Shown here: piece after piece, positions 1 through 14,305 of the stretch
Numbering within the stretch: the first letter of the stretch is position 1
Layout: the number at the start of each line of letters is the position of its first letter
Source: Escherichia coli
GTDB taxonomy: Bacteria; Pseudomonadota; Gammaproteobacteria; Enterobacterales; Enterobacteriaceae
NCBI RefSeq assembly: GCF_044647545.1
Contig: NZ_CP172818.1
Direction: 5' to 3' (one strand)
Length of the DNA: 64,000 nt
Program-made: the position numbers and the translations under genes
Notes under the pieces: model-generated
What the model saw: only the letters and a program-made list of their open reading frames with translations
Databases searched by the model: none
What the model was told of the DNA's origin: nothing

Positions 1-1358
1 GAAGTAAACGCGGCGTGCCCCGGGGTGTCCAGGAAGGTGATCATGCCGTTTTCAGTTTCAACGTGGTATGCACCAATGTGCTGGGTAATGCCGCCCGCTT
101 CGCCAGAGGCCACTTTCGTTGAACGAATGTAGTCCAGCAGAGAGGTTTTACCGTGGTCAACGTGACCCATGATGGTCACAACCGGCGCGCGCGGTTCAGC
201 CGCTGCACCCGTGTCACGGTCGCTCATTACCGCTTCTTCCAGCTCGTTTTCACGACGCAGAATAACTTTGTGGCCCATCTCTTCAGCAACCAGCTGTGCG
301 GTTTCCTGATCGATAACCTGGTTGATGGTTGCCATTGCGCCCAGTTTCATCATCGCTTTGATGACCTGAGAGCCTTTAACCGCCATCTTGTTCGCCAGTT
401 CGCCAACGGTGATGGTTTCACCGATCACAACGTCACGGTTAACGGCCTGAGCAGGCTTCTGGAAGCCTTGCTGCAGCGAAGAACCTTTACGTTTTCCGCC
501 TTTACCGCCACGTACTGCTGCGCGTGCTTCTTCACGATCAGCTTTTGATTCAGCGTGTTTGTTGCCTTTCTTCGGACGCGCAGCTTTCGCGTTACGACCA
601 CGGCCACGGCCGCCTTCGACTTCACGATCGCTTTCGTCTTCTGCCTGGCGAGCATGTTGAGAAGTAGTGACGTGATAATCGCTGGAATCTTCAGTCGGTT
701 CCGCGTTATCAGTCCATTTGTTTTCTTCCGCCATACGACGTGCTTCTTCAGCAACGCGACGTGCTTCTTCTTCGAGTTTACGACGCGCTTCTTCTTCGGC
801 TTTACGCTTGAGCTCTGCAGCTTCCTGCTCACGGCGGGCTTTTTCAGCCTGGGCGTTTTTAGTCATATCGTCTTGTTGATTGCTCACTTTGTCTTTTTCC
901 GCAGCTTCACGTTTCGCTTGTTCAGCAGCTTCGCGCTTAGCTTGTTCTGCGGCCTCACGTTCAGCTTTTTGTTGCGCCTCACATTTGGCCGATTCTTCTG
1001 CCTCACGACGGGCTTGCTCTTCCGCTTCACGCTGCGCTTGCTCTTCCGCAGCAAGGCGTTCAGCCTCTTGCGGATCGCGTTTCACAAAGGTGCGTTTCTT
1101 GCGGACTTCGATTTGTACCGATTTGCTTTTTCCACCGGTACCAGGAATGTTAAGGGTGCTGCGTGTTTTACGTTGCAGCGTCAATTTGTCCGGGCCTGAA
1201 TTTTTCTGATTCAGGTGGTCAATCAAAGTCTGTTTCTCTTGTGCAGACACAGAGTCGTCAGCAGACTTCCGGATACCTGCATCAGCAAATTGCTGTACCA
1301 GGCGTTCCACGGAGGTCTGTCGCTCTGCGGCCAGCGTTTTAATCGTTACATCTGTCAT
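1..1358 (-). CDS. infB: Translation initiation factor IF-2, N-terminal ~452 codons; gene continues beyond window start
   Basis: Minus-strand frame from ATG at 1356-1358 translates [16 protein letters not shown]..., recognised as the IF2 N-terminus; missing from ORF track because it runs off the window edge; low-complexity A/E/R/K repeat region. Confidence 0.9.
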
Positions 1359-1382
1359 GCTGTTCCTTCCTGCTACAGTTTA

Positions 1383-2870
<1,488 letters not shown>

Positions 2871-2897
2871 CGCGGGCTTTTCACCTCATCCAGACTA

Positions 2898-3350
2898 TTA
2901 AAAGTGGGGAACCAGGTTCGCCTTCTGGATATTACTCAGCGCGAACACTTCATCTTTACCTTCGACGGTAACTGTGATCATTTCACCGTCTACCGCTTTG
3001 ATAACGCCCTGCCATTTACGACGGTTTTGTACCGCCATGCGGAGAACCAGAGTCACCTCTTCTCCGACGAAACGGGCGTAGTGTTCAGCCGTGAACAGTG
3101 GGCGATCGAGACCCGGTGAGGAGACTTCCAGGTTATAAGCAACGGTGATGGGATCTTCAACATCCAGCACAGCACTTACCTGGTGGCTCACATCAGCACA
3201 ATCATCAACATTGATGCCATCTTCACTATCAATATAGATGCGCAGTGTGGATGTGCGACCGCGAATAAATTCGATGCCAACCAGTTCAAAACCCAGGGCC
3301 TCAACTGGCGCAGTAATCATCTCTGTTAATTTTTGCTCTAATGTGGACAA
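2898..3350 (-). CDS. rimP: Ribosome maturation factor RimP
   Basis: ORF contains ...[27 protein letters not shown]...; start placed at an in-frame TTG to give the 150-aa form; located between metY and nusA. Confidence 0.85.
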
Positions 3351-3367
3351 GCCCACCCCCAAGACAT

Positions 3368-3432
3368 AAAAAAAGGGCCTAAAGCCCAGTTATTCTGTAG
3401 TCAGATAACAAAAAACCCCGATAAATCGGGGC
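3368..3432 (-). terminator. Two tandem hairpin plus U-run structures between metY and rimP (intra-operon terminators/attenuator)
   Basis: Minus-strand RNA: ccccgau-uu-aucgggg followed by uuuuuug (3410-3432), and a weaker gggc...gccc hairpin followed by U7 (3368-3387). Confidence 0.5.
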
Positions 3433-3556
3433 TTTATATAACTGAACCCTATAACCGCAACTGCGGTCTGGAGCACTTTCCAGAAGGATTTTTTCAAATC
3501 CCACTACGAAGGCCGAAGTCTTCACAGTATATTTGAAAAAGGACTCTAAGGGAAAG

Positions 3557-3633
<77 letters not shown>

Positions 3634-3965
3634 CCTGAAACGTGGCAAATTCTACTCGTTTTGGGTAAAAAATGCAAATACTGCTGGGATTTGGTGTACC
3701 GAGACGGGACGTAAAATCTGCAGGCATTATAGTGATCCATGCCACATTTTGTCAACGTTTATTGCTAATCACGTGAATGAATATCCAGTTCACTTTCATT
3801 TGTTGAATACTTTTGCCTTCTCCTGCTCTCCCTTAAGCGCATTATTTTACAAAAAACACACTAAACTCTTCCTGTCTCCGATAAAAGATGATTAAATGAA
3901 AACTCATTTATTTTGCATAAAAATTCAGTGAGAGCGGAAATCTAGGCTCATCATCAGTTAATTAA

Positions 3966-5324
<1,359 letters not shown>

Positions 5325-5331
5325 TTCGACA

Positions 5332-6957
5332 TCAACCCTGCCCTTCAGGGGTGGGGTTACCTTGCTTATCCTCAGTAAACTCCTTTCTTAGCATCACAAA
5401 ATCGAAAACATCATGGTTTGCATCTACAACCCGTGAGTCTCCTTTATAGTGTGCAATCACTTCCTCAAGCGTTTGCGGCTGTTCCGGCTTTGTTACCCCC
5501 ATCCACGCATTAATAAGGTAATTATTGTACGCAGTGGAAAAGATATCGTTTTCCGTTGTGCGATCCACGCCATCCCCAAGAACGGGGCTATACCAGATAA
5601 ACATCGGGACATGATATGCCTGCTGGCTGGCCTCCCTGCCTCCATGAAAATAGACGTTCTTCTTCGTAGGGTCGCGTTCCAGGCCGTGGTCGGCAAAATA
5701 CATGACCGAGGCGCGGCGATCTTTTAATAATTCAAAAACCTGACCTAGCAAACTATCTGTGTAATGAATGGAGTTGTCATAGCAGGCATCCTGATCGTCC
5801 TGCGGTTGAAACACGGCGCTGGATTGCGGATAGGCGCTACAAGCCGGTTCATGGCTTCCATTTAAATGAAGAACAATCAGTTTCTTTTGCTGCGTCTTTT
5901 GCTGTAACGCTTGCGATAAATGCGGCAACAACAATTCATCAAATCCTCTGACATAGACTGTTTCCATGGCGCGCATGGCGATACTGGTAACTGCTGTACC
6001 ATTCTGCCGAAAAGCGGATTGCGAGCTTAGCCAGAAAGTCTGAAATCCTGCTTGATTAGCCATATTAATAATGTTGTCCGGGTAATTATGAATGTCATGA
6101 CTCAAAACAGAATCAGCAGTTAAAGAAAGGGGAACCGACAGCGCAGTGTAAGGTGCACCGCTTATTGCTTGATTAAACAGTTTGATCTGTTTTCTTTGTG
6201 CTTCGACTTGCGGTGTCGTAGAGCGTGTGTATCCATACAAAGACATATTGTCGACACGTACAGACTCCCCCACAATCAACACGTAGGTATCAATACCTGT
6301 ATCCCTGACTGATAATTGAAAATACGGCACCGTGTTTGCAATTGAGAGTAATCTTTGATGCTCTTTCGCTGCTAAAGCAAAATAATTGAGATTGAAAAAC
6401 GGTGTATAGGTAGCAAATCGCGACGCTAGTATATATGGACTGAACGCTTTTTTATTTTTTGCATCTTTATAAGCAAATTGACAAGCGGAAAATAAACTGC
6501 CCGAAATGACAATCAGCAATAATATTCCTGTCACTTTTTTTGTCGGCAAGGAAACATCATATTTTATTATTACTGCCAAAAAAAGAAGGGATAAAAAAGC
6601 AAAAGCACATAGATAAGGGATATACATCCCCAGCATTTTCACAACTTCATCCGGATCACTCTGCAGCACACTAATCGCAAATCCATCATTGAAAGTTGTA
6701 CCAAAGGTACACCATGAATAGAGGCTAATACTCATGTCTGCCGCAGTCAGTAACACAAATGGTGCGGCAACAAGCAGGCGAAGCGGAAGGGATGATATAC
6801 GTTTAACAACCAGGATGGTCAGAACGAAAAACAGCAATCGCTGAACCATATGCGCTCCGGAAGAGGCGACTAAGTTCGTAATACCAAAAACAATAACACA
6901 AAGATACAACAACCAATGAGATTTAAAACTTCTAACAAATTTGTTGAATACTGTCAT
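5332..6957 (-). CDS. yhbX: Inner-membrane sulfatase-family (phosphoethanolamine transferase-like) protein YhbX
   Basis: ORF of 552 aa; start moved to internal Met (MTVFNKF...) for the ~541-aa form; N-terminal TM helices then sulfatase-like domain; convergent with argG, 7-bp gap. Confidence 0.75.
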   Translation of the reverse strand: MTVFNKFVRSFKSHWLLYLCVIVFGITNLVASSGAHMVQRLLFFVLTILVVKRISSLPLRLLVAAPFVLLTAADMSISLYSWCTFGTTFNDGFAISVLQSDPDEVVKMLGMYIPYLCAFAFLSLLFLAVIIKYDVSLPTKKVTGILLLIVISGSLFSACQFAYKDAKNKKAFSPYILASRFATYTPFFNLNYFALAAKEHQRLLSIANTVPYFQLSVRDTGIDTYVLIVGESVRVDNMSLYGYTRSTTPQVEAQRKQIKLFNQAISGAPYTALSVPLSLTADSVLSHDIHNYPDNIINMANQAGFQTFWLSSQSAFRQNGTAVTSIAMRAMETVYVRGFDELLLPHLSQALQQKTQQKKLIVLHLNGSHEPACSAYPQSSAVFQPQDDQDACYDNSIHYTDSLLGQVFELLKDRRASVMYFADHGLERDPTKKNVYFHGGREASQQAYHVPMFIWYSPVLGDGVDRTTENDIFSTAYNNYLINAWMGVTKPEQPQTLEEVIAHYKGDSRVVDANHDVFDFVMLRKEFTEDKQGNPTPEGQG

Positions 6958-7371
6958 CCAGAAATCCAAGTTCACAACCAATATAAACAATTATCAACAA
7001 TGTTCAATTTTATATCAGACATGTTTTTCAACTCTGATCCATATCAGACCGAAACACTGTTAGTTTTTTCTTTTTAAATGATGCGGCCATTGTTCTCAGT
7101 AATTAAATAACATTATCAATGCGTCTCTAAACATTACGCAGAACGTAGCCATCAGTAGTTATACTGACAGGAGCAGGATGGTTTATCGAGAAGTAAACAT
7201 ATCCGTATTCGTACCGGAACTGGAGTTGACACAATAAAGTGCCAATTATGTCAGCAGAAGGGAAAAGTTTATAACTAAGGCGTACCGGCACCATCGTTTC
7301 AAGGTACCAGCTACGAGTAAAGCAACTGGACGAGATACAGATACCTGACAACCATTCCTCAGACCAGGACC

Positions 7372-7402
7372 AAAACGAAAAGAGACGCTTTTCAGCGTCT
7401 CT
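7372..7402 (-). terminator. Rho-independent terminator downstream of leuU (end of secG-leuU transcript)
   Basis: Minus-strand hairpin agagacgc-ugaaaa-gcgucucu followed by a U-rich run, immediately 3' of the tRNA. Confidence 0.5.
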
Positions 7403-7413
7403 TTTCTGGAATT

Positions 7414-7500
7414 TGGTACCGAGGACGGGACTTGAACCCGTAAGCCCTATTGGGCACTACCACCTCAAGGTAGCGTGTCTACCAATTCCACCACCTCGGC
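7414..7500 (-). tRNA. leuU: tRNA-Leu, 87 nt with long variable arm
   Basis: Reverse complement reads GCCGAGGTGGTGGAATTGGTAGACACGCTACCTTGAGGTGGTAGTGCCCAATAGGGCTTACGGGTTCAAGTCCCGTCCTCGGTACCA. Confidence 0.9.
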
Positions 7501-7514
7501 ACGGATACTACTTT

Positions 7515-7847
7515 TTAGTTCGGGATATCGCTGGTCGGCTTAGCCGGAGCAGCTGGCTGAGTTTGTTCGGTTTTCGCCGGCGCACTCAGGTTTTCCCATT
7601 CGCTACCTTTATTGGTTTTATTGCTATTGATGTTACCCAGCACCAGACTGATGATGAAGAATAACGTTGCCAGCAGCGCCGTCATGCGGGTCATGAAGTT
7701 ACCAGAACCACTTGAACCAAACAGCGTAGCGGAAGCGCCTGCTCCGAAGGAGGCTCCCATATCAGCGCCTTTACCTTGCTGCAGCATGATCAGACCAACA
7801 AGGCCAATTGCCACAATAAGGAAAACTACTAAAAGAGCTTCGTACAT
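7515..7847 (-). CDS. secG: Protein-export membrane protein SecG
   Basis: ORF contains MYEALLVVFLIVAIGLVGLIMLQQGKGADMGASFGAGASATLFG...; start moved to the Met giving the 110-aa protein; directly upstream of leuU. Confidence 0.9.
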   Translation of the reverse strand: MYEALLVVFLIVAIGLVGLIMLQQGKGADMGASFGAGASATLFGSSGSGNFMTRMTALLATLFFIISLVLGNINSNKTNKGSEWENLSAPAKTEQTQPAAPAKPTSDIPN

Positions 7848-8074
7848 AATCAACCTGTTCCTTGCGGAGTTGCCGCGTACCAATGCTTCAACCAATAAAG
7901 CGGGAGTTTTTAATCTTTCCCACTGAAGCGGGTGTGAATACTAACCAAAGCGAATGACCTTCGCAAGGGCAATTTTATCGCATTGTATCAACTGCGGAAA
8001 AAAACAGCAAAACCGATGTATTCGCCGAGAAAAAAGGCGACAATCGCCGCCTTTTTAGCCAGTTATCTAACGCT

Positions 8075-9412
8075 TTAAACGGCTTTTACTGCATCGGCGA
8101 TGCGGTGTGCAAATTCAGTCACCTGCGCTTCGTCTTCGCCTTCCACCATCACGCGAATTAACGGTTCGGTGCCGGATTTACGCAACAGCACACGTCCACG
8201 GCTACCCAGCGCCGCTTCAACTTCTGCAGTCACAGCTTTGACTGATTCATGCTCCAGCGGATCGCCGCTACCTGCGGTGTAACGCACGTTTACCAGGATT
8301 TGCGGGAACATTTTCATGCCGCTGCAAAGGTCGTGCAGGCTCATATGGTTACGCGCCATCGCCGCCAGCACCTGCAAACCAGCAACGATGCCGTCACCGG
8401 TAGTGGTTTTATCCAGCAGGATCACATGACCGGAGTTCTCTGCACCGATACGCCAGCCTTTCTCCTGCATTTTTTCCAGTACGTAGCGGTCACCCACTTT
8501 CGCGCGCGCAAATGGAATACCTAACTGTTTCAGCGCCAGTTCAAGCCCCATGTTGCTCATCAATGTACCCACAGCACCTCCACGCAGCTGGCCCTGACGA
8601 AGACCCTCACGCGCGATGATATACATGATCTGATCGCCATCGACTTTATTGCCTTCATGGTCAACCATAATCACGCGATCGCCGTCGCCGTCGAAGGCAA
8701 TACCGAGATCCGCTTTTTCAGCCAGCACACGAGCCTGGAGCGCGCGAACGTCGGTAGCCCCCACTTCGGCATTGATGTTTACACCGTTTGGCTCACAACC
8801 GATAGCGATAACGTTCGCCCCCAGTTCACGCAGCACGTTCGGCGCGATGTGGTAAGTCGCACCGTTTGCACAATCCACCACAATCTTCAGTTCACTGAGG
8901 CTAAGTTCGTTCGGGAACGTGGCTTTGCAAAACTCGATATAGCGACCCGCAGCATCAACGATACGGCTGGCTTTACCCAGTTCTGCCGAATCAACACAGC
9001 TGATCTCTTTTTCCATTTCCGCTTCGATGGCCTCTTCTACTGCATCCGGTAGTTTGGTGCCGTCGATAGAGAAAAATTTAATGCCATTATCGTAGAACGG
9101 GTTATGCGATGCAGATATCACAATTCCGGCCTCTGCGCGGAAGGTACGCGTCAGATAAGCCACGGCCGGTGTTGGCATCGGACCAGTGAAGAGTGCGGAA
9201 AGGCCCGCAGCCGCCAGACCCGCTTCCAGTGCTGACTCCAGCATATAGCCAGAAATACGCGTGTCTTTACCAATAATGATCTTACGGGAGCCGTGGCGCG
9301 CCAGCACTTTACCCGCGGCCCAACCCAGCTTAAGCACAAAATCAGGTGTGATCGGCGCATCCCCTACACGACCACGAATCCCATCGGTACCGAAATATTT
9401 ACGATTACTCAT
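8075..9412 (-). CDS. glmM: Phosphoglucosamine mutase
   Basis: 445-aa [40 protein letters not shown]... with the [10 protein letters not shown] active-site serine motif. Confidence 0.95.
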   Translation of the reverse strand: MSNRKYFGTDGIRGRVGDAPITPDFVLKLGWAAGKVLARHGSRKIIIGKDTRISGYMLESALEAGLAAAGLSALFTGPMPTPAVAYLTRTFRAEAGIVISASHNPFYDNGIKFFSIDGTKLPDAVEEAIEAEMEKEISCVDSAELGKASRIVDAAGRYIEFCKATFPNELSLSELKIVVDCANGATYHIAPNVLRELGANVIAIGCEPNGVNINAEVGATDVRALQARVLAEKADLGIAFDGDGDRVIMVDHEGNKVDGDQIMYIIAREGLRQGQLRGGAVGTLMSNMGLELALKQLGIPFARAKVGDRYVLEKMQEKGWRIGAENSGHVILLDKTTTGDGIVAGLQVLAAMARNHMSLHDLCSGMKMFPQILVNVRYTAGSGDPLEHESVKAVTAEVEAALGSRGRVLLRKSGTEPLIRVMVEGEDEAQVTEFAHRIADAVKAV

Positions 9413-10253
9413 AGCGTTTGTTTTCCTTTGCAGACAGAGTGGCTTCCACCACCCGCATCGCTTCTACGGTTTCTTTGACGTCATGAACACGAATGATGTG
9501 CGCGCCTTGCATTGCGGCAATGACCGCACAGGCCAGACTACCGCTCAGGCGCTCGGACGGCCCCACGTTCAGCAGCTGCCCAATCATCGATTTTCGTGAC
9601 ATACCCACCAACAGCGGCAGGTTGAAATGGTGAAATTCAGCCAGGCGCGCCAGTAATGAATAGTTATGGGAGAGATTTTTACCGAAACCGAATCCGGGGT
9701 CGAGCAACAATTTCTCTTTTGCGATACCCGCCTGCTCGCAACGTGCTATTTGCTCAATAAAGTAGCGATTCACTTCTGCAAAGACATCGTCATACTTCGG
9801 CGCTTCCTGCATGGTTTTTGGATTTCCCTGCATATGCATCAGACAAACCGGTAAACCGGTTTCTGCAGCCGCCTCCAGAGCGCCAGGTTCGGAAAGGGAG
9901 CGGATATCGTTAATAATGTGAGCGCCAACTTTCGCTGACTCACGGATGACTTCTGGTTTGGATGTATCTACCGAGATCCAGACTTCGAAGCGTTGAGCAA
10001 TTGCCTCAACCACAGGAATAACACGTTGCAACTCTTCTTCAACGCTAACTTCCGCCGCTCCTGGGCGCGTGGACTCGCCACCAACGTCAATGATCGTCGC
10101 GCCAGCGTTGATCATCAGATTCGCATGTTTCACCGCATCTATCAGCGAGTTATGCGTGCCGCCATCCGAAAAGGAATCAGGCGTGACGTTGAGGATCCCC
10201 ATTACGTGAGGATGGCTAAGGTCCAGTGAAGTGCCCTGGGCAAAGAGTTTCAT
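9405..10253 (-). CDS. folP: Dihydropteroate synthase
   Basis: ORF contains [32 protein letters not shown]...; start moved to the internal Met (282 aa); overlaps glmM start by 8 nt. Confidence 0.9.
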
Positions 10254-10342
10254 GGTGTTATCCCTGGTATGAATTGATAAGAAAAAACCCCGGAGCACGC
10301 CCCGGGGTTTTCGGTACAAATACAGTCATCTGATGCGGGAAC

Positions 10343-12277
10343 TTACTTGTCGCCTAACTGCTCTGACATGGTGTTACCCGGGTTCGGCGTACGCGGTTCA
10401 TCAACCGGACGTGGAGCCTTTGGACTACCATTGTCGCCAGAATTGTTAGAAGCGCCTGGTTCTTCCCAGCCCGCTGGCGGACGTACATCGCGACGTGCCA
10501 TCAGGTCATCAATCTGCGGTGCGTCGATAGTCTCATATTTCATGAGAGCATCTTTCATCGCATGCAGAATATCCATATTGTCGGTCAGAAGCTGACGCGC
10601 ACGATTATAGTTACGCTCAATCAGTGCTTTCACTTCCTGGTCGATGATACGTGCAGTTTCATCGGACATATGTTTCGCTTTCGCTACGCTACGGCCGAGG
10701 AACACTTCACCTTCTTCTTCCGCGTACAGCAGTGGACCCAATTTCTCAGAGAAGCCCCACTGAGTCACCATGTTACGTGCCAGGTTGGTCGCAACTTTAA
10801 TATCGTTGGACGCACCGGTAGAAACATGTTCCGGCCCGTAGATGATCTCTTCTGCCAGACGACCACCGTACAGCGTAGAAATCTGGCTTTCCAGTTTCTG
10901 ACGGCTGGCGCTGATTGCGTCGCCCTCAGGCAAGAAGAAAGTCACACCCAGCGCACGACCGCGTGGGATAATCGTCACTTTGTGCACCGGATCGTGTTCC
11001 GGCACCAGGCGACCGATAATCGCGTGACCCGCTTCGTGGTAAGCCGTCGATTCTTTCTGCGCTTCCGTCATCACCATGGAGCGACGTTCCGCACCCATCA
11101 TGATTTTGTCTTTCGCTTTCTCGAACTCAACCATCGACACAACGCGTTTGTTGCCACGAGCAGCGAACAGTGCCGCTTCGTTTACCAGGTTCGCCAGGTC
11201 AGCACCGGAGAAACCAGGAGTACCACGGGCAATGATTGCCGCGTCGATATCGGGTGCCAAAGGTACGCGACGCATGTGAACTTTCAGGATCTGCTCACGA
11301 CCACGAACATCTGGCAAGCCAACCACAACCTGACGGTCGAAACGGCCTGGACGCAGCAGGGCCGGGTCAAGAACGTCCGGACGGTTAGTCGCGGCGATAA
11401 CGATGATACCTTCGTTACCTTCGAAGCCATCCATCTCAACCAGCATCTGGTTCAAAGTCTGTTCACGTTCATCGTGACCACCGCCCAGACCTGCGCCACG
11501 CTGGCGGCCTACGGCGTCGATTTCATCGATAAAGATGATGCACGGTGCCGCTTTCTTCGCCTGTTCGAACATATCACGAACACGGGATGCACCCACACCG
11601 ACGAACATTTCTACGAAGTCAGAACCGGAGATAGTAAAGAACGGAACTTTTGCTTCGCCTGCAATCGCTTTCGCCAGCAGCGTTTTACCGGTACCCGGAG
11701 GACCGACCATCAGGACGCCTTTCGGGATCTTACCGCCGAGTTTCTGGAAGCGGCTCGGCTCGCGCAGATACTCAACCAGTTCAGCAACTTCTTCTTTTGC
11801 TTCGTCGCAGCCCGCAACGTCAGCAAAGGTCGTTTTGATCTGATCTTCCGTCAGCATGCGCGCTTTGCTCTTACCAAACGACATGGCACCTTTGCCACCG
11901 CCGCCCTGCATTTGACGCATGAAGAAGATCCAGACACCAATCAGCAACAGCATCGGGAACCAGGAGATGAAGATAGAAGCCAGCAGACTTGGTTCTTCAG
12001 GCGGTTCACCGACAACCTTGACGTTCTTGGTCAACAGGTTATCCAGTAATTTCGGATCCTGAACCGGAATGTAAGTGGTATAACGGTTACTATCTTTCTT
12101 GGTAACGTTGATTTCACGTCCGTTGATACGCGCTTCACGAACCTGGTCGTTATTGACCTCTTGTAGGAAGGTAGAGTAATCCACCTTACGGCCATTAGAC
12201 TCGCTGGGCCCAAAGCTCTGGAATACTGACATCAGCACAACGGCAATGACCAGCCAGAGTATTAGGTTTTTCGCCAT
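10343..12277 (-). CDS. ftsH: ATP-dependent zinc metalloprotease FtsH (AAA+)
   Basis: ORF ...[22 protein letters not shown]... with Walker A GPPGTGKT and HEAGH zinc-binding motif; start placed at MAKNLILW (644 aa). Confidence 0.95.
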
Positions 12278-12376
12278 GTCACTCAAGGGATTAACCTCTT
12301 ATTACAACTGTGTTAAAAACAGCGTCAGGATACTCTATATCCAGCATCTTTCAAACTTTCGTCTGAAATCTCCCGG

Positions 12377-13006
12377 TTAGGGTTTACGCCCGGTCGCTAC
12401 AATATACACTTCCCGCGAACGTGCACGAGAAGAGTCCGGCTTACGAACTTTGACCTTCGTAAACAGGGAGCGAATTTCCCTTAGATACTCATCGAAACCT
12501 TCGCCCTGGAACACCTTCACAACAAAACTGCCACCTGGAGCTAATACATCACGACACATTTCTAGCGCCAGTTCCACCAGATACATGGCACGGGGGATAT
12601 CCACCGCCGGTGTTCCGCTCATGTTTGGTGCCATATCGGACATGACAACCTGGACTTTGCTGTCGCCAACGCGCTCCAGCAGTGCTTTCATCACCAGTTC
12701 ATCACGAAAATCGCCCTGAAGAAAGTCCACACCAACGATAGGATCCATAGGTAAAAGATCGCAAGCGATGATGCGGCCTTTGCCGCCAATTTGGGTGACC
12801 ACATATTGTGACCAACCACCCGGAGCAGCACCAAGGTCGACAACCGTCATTCCCGGTTTAAAGAGTTTGTCACTTTGCTGTATTTCATCAAGTTTAAACC
12901 AGGCACGGGAACGTAACCCCTTTTTCTGTGCCTGTTGAACATATTTATCGCTAAAGTGTTCCTGAAGCCAGCGGCTGGAGCTGGCAGAACGCTTCTTACC
13001 TGTCAT
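12377..13006 (-). CDS. rlmE: 23S rRNA (uridine2552-2'-O)-methyltransferase RlmE (FtsJ)
   Basis: 209-aa [44 protein letters not shown]... with SAM-binding [13 protein letters not shown] motif; upstream of ftsH. Confidence 0.9.
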
Positions 13007-13131
13007 TTAACTTTCCCATTGGGATAACTCATCGTAACCAATTGCGTAAATTTTTACGCGCCTATTTGGTGATATATGGGAGATGGCGGTAGAATGACCC
13101 GTTTTCAATCCCAACGTAAGCAAAAAATACG

Positions 13132-13425
13132 ATGAATCTGAGTACTAAACAAAAACAGCACCTGAAAGGTCTGGCACATCCGCTCAAGCCAGTTGTTCTG
13201 CTTGGCAGTAATGGTTTGACCGAAGGGGTGCTGGCCGAGATTGAACAAGCGTTAGAGCACCATGAACTCATCAAGGTGAAAATCGCCACCGAAGATCGCG
13301 AAACTAAAACCTTGATCGTGGAAGCTATCGTGCGCGAAACCGGCGCCTGTAATGTACAGGTCATCGGTAAAACGCTGGTGCTTTATCGCCCAACTAAAGA
13401 ACGTAAAATCTCGCTGCCACGCTAA
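13132..13425 (+). CDS. yhbY: CRS1/YhbY-family RNA-binding protein
   Basis: 97-aa ORF MNLSTKQKQHLKGLAHPLKPVVLLGSNGLTEGVLAEIEQALEHHELIKVKIA...; divergent from rlmE. Confidence 0.85.
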   Translation: MNLSTKQKQHLKGLAHPLKPVVLLGSNGLTEGVLAEIEQALEHHELIKVKIATEDRETKTLIVEAIVRETGACNVQVIGKTLVLYRPTKERKISLPR

Positions 13426-13513
13426 GATTATCCTAAAGTTACACACATTTGCTGTGTAAAACGAGGGGTTTTCCGCAGGCAGGAGAGCAAAATGCCACGC
13501 TCTGTTCGTTGAT

Positions 13514-13537
13514 AAAAGGCCGCATAGCGGCCTTTTT
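13514..13537. terminator. Bidirectional rho-independent terminator between convergent yhbY and greA
   Basis: aaaa-ggccgc-ata-gcggcc-ttttt: GC stem flanked by an A-run and a T-run. Confidence 0.5.
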
Positions 13538-13580
13538 CCTTTCTTTACAATACATCAACATCTTGAGTATTGGGTAATTC

Positions 13581-14057
<477 letters not shown>

Positions 14058-14149
14058 TTGTTATACCTCTTGAATATTCCTGATGGGGCAAGTCTTCACC
14101 CACCCCGGCTGTTCGGCCTGCCCGGCATAACTCCTCACCGGGACCAGAA

Positions 14150-14190
14150 GCAAAAAAAATACCGACCCGGGTACAGGTCCCAGGTCAGCT
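14150..14190 (-). terminator. graL: Terminator-like hairpin plus U8 in the greA leader (expected 3' end of the GraL leader RNA)
   Basis: Minus-strand RNA gaccugg...ccggguc hairpin followed by gguauuuuuuuug, about 95 nt upstream of the greA start codon. Confidence 0.4.
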
Positions 14191-14305
14191 ACAATTCACA
14201 TTTTGATAGTCATTTTACCCTGAAGTTCCCGAAGGGTCATCGTTTACTTTATAGGGCGTTGCGCCGTAGTATGACGGCTCGATTCCAGGTTGTTAGCGCG
14301 AGATT

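Noticed and set aside
10562-12049. 495-aa plus-strand ORF
   Set aside because: Antisense to ftsH; shadow ORF of a highly expressed, codon-biased gene
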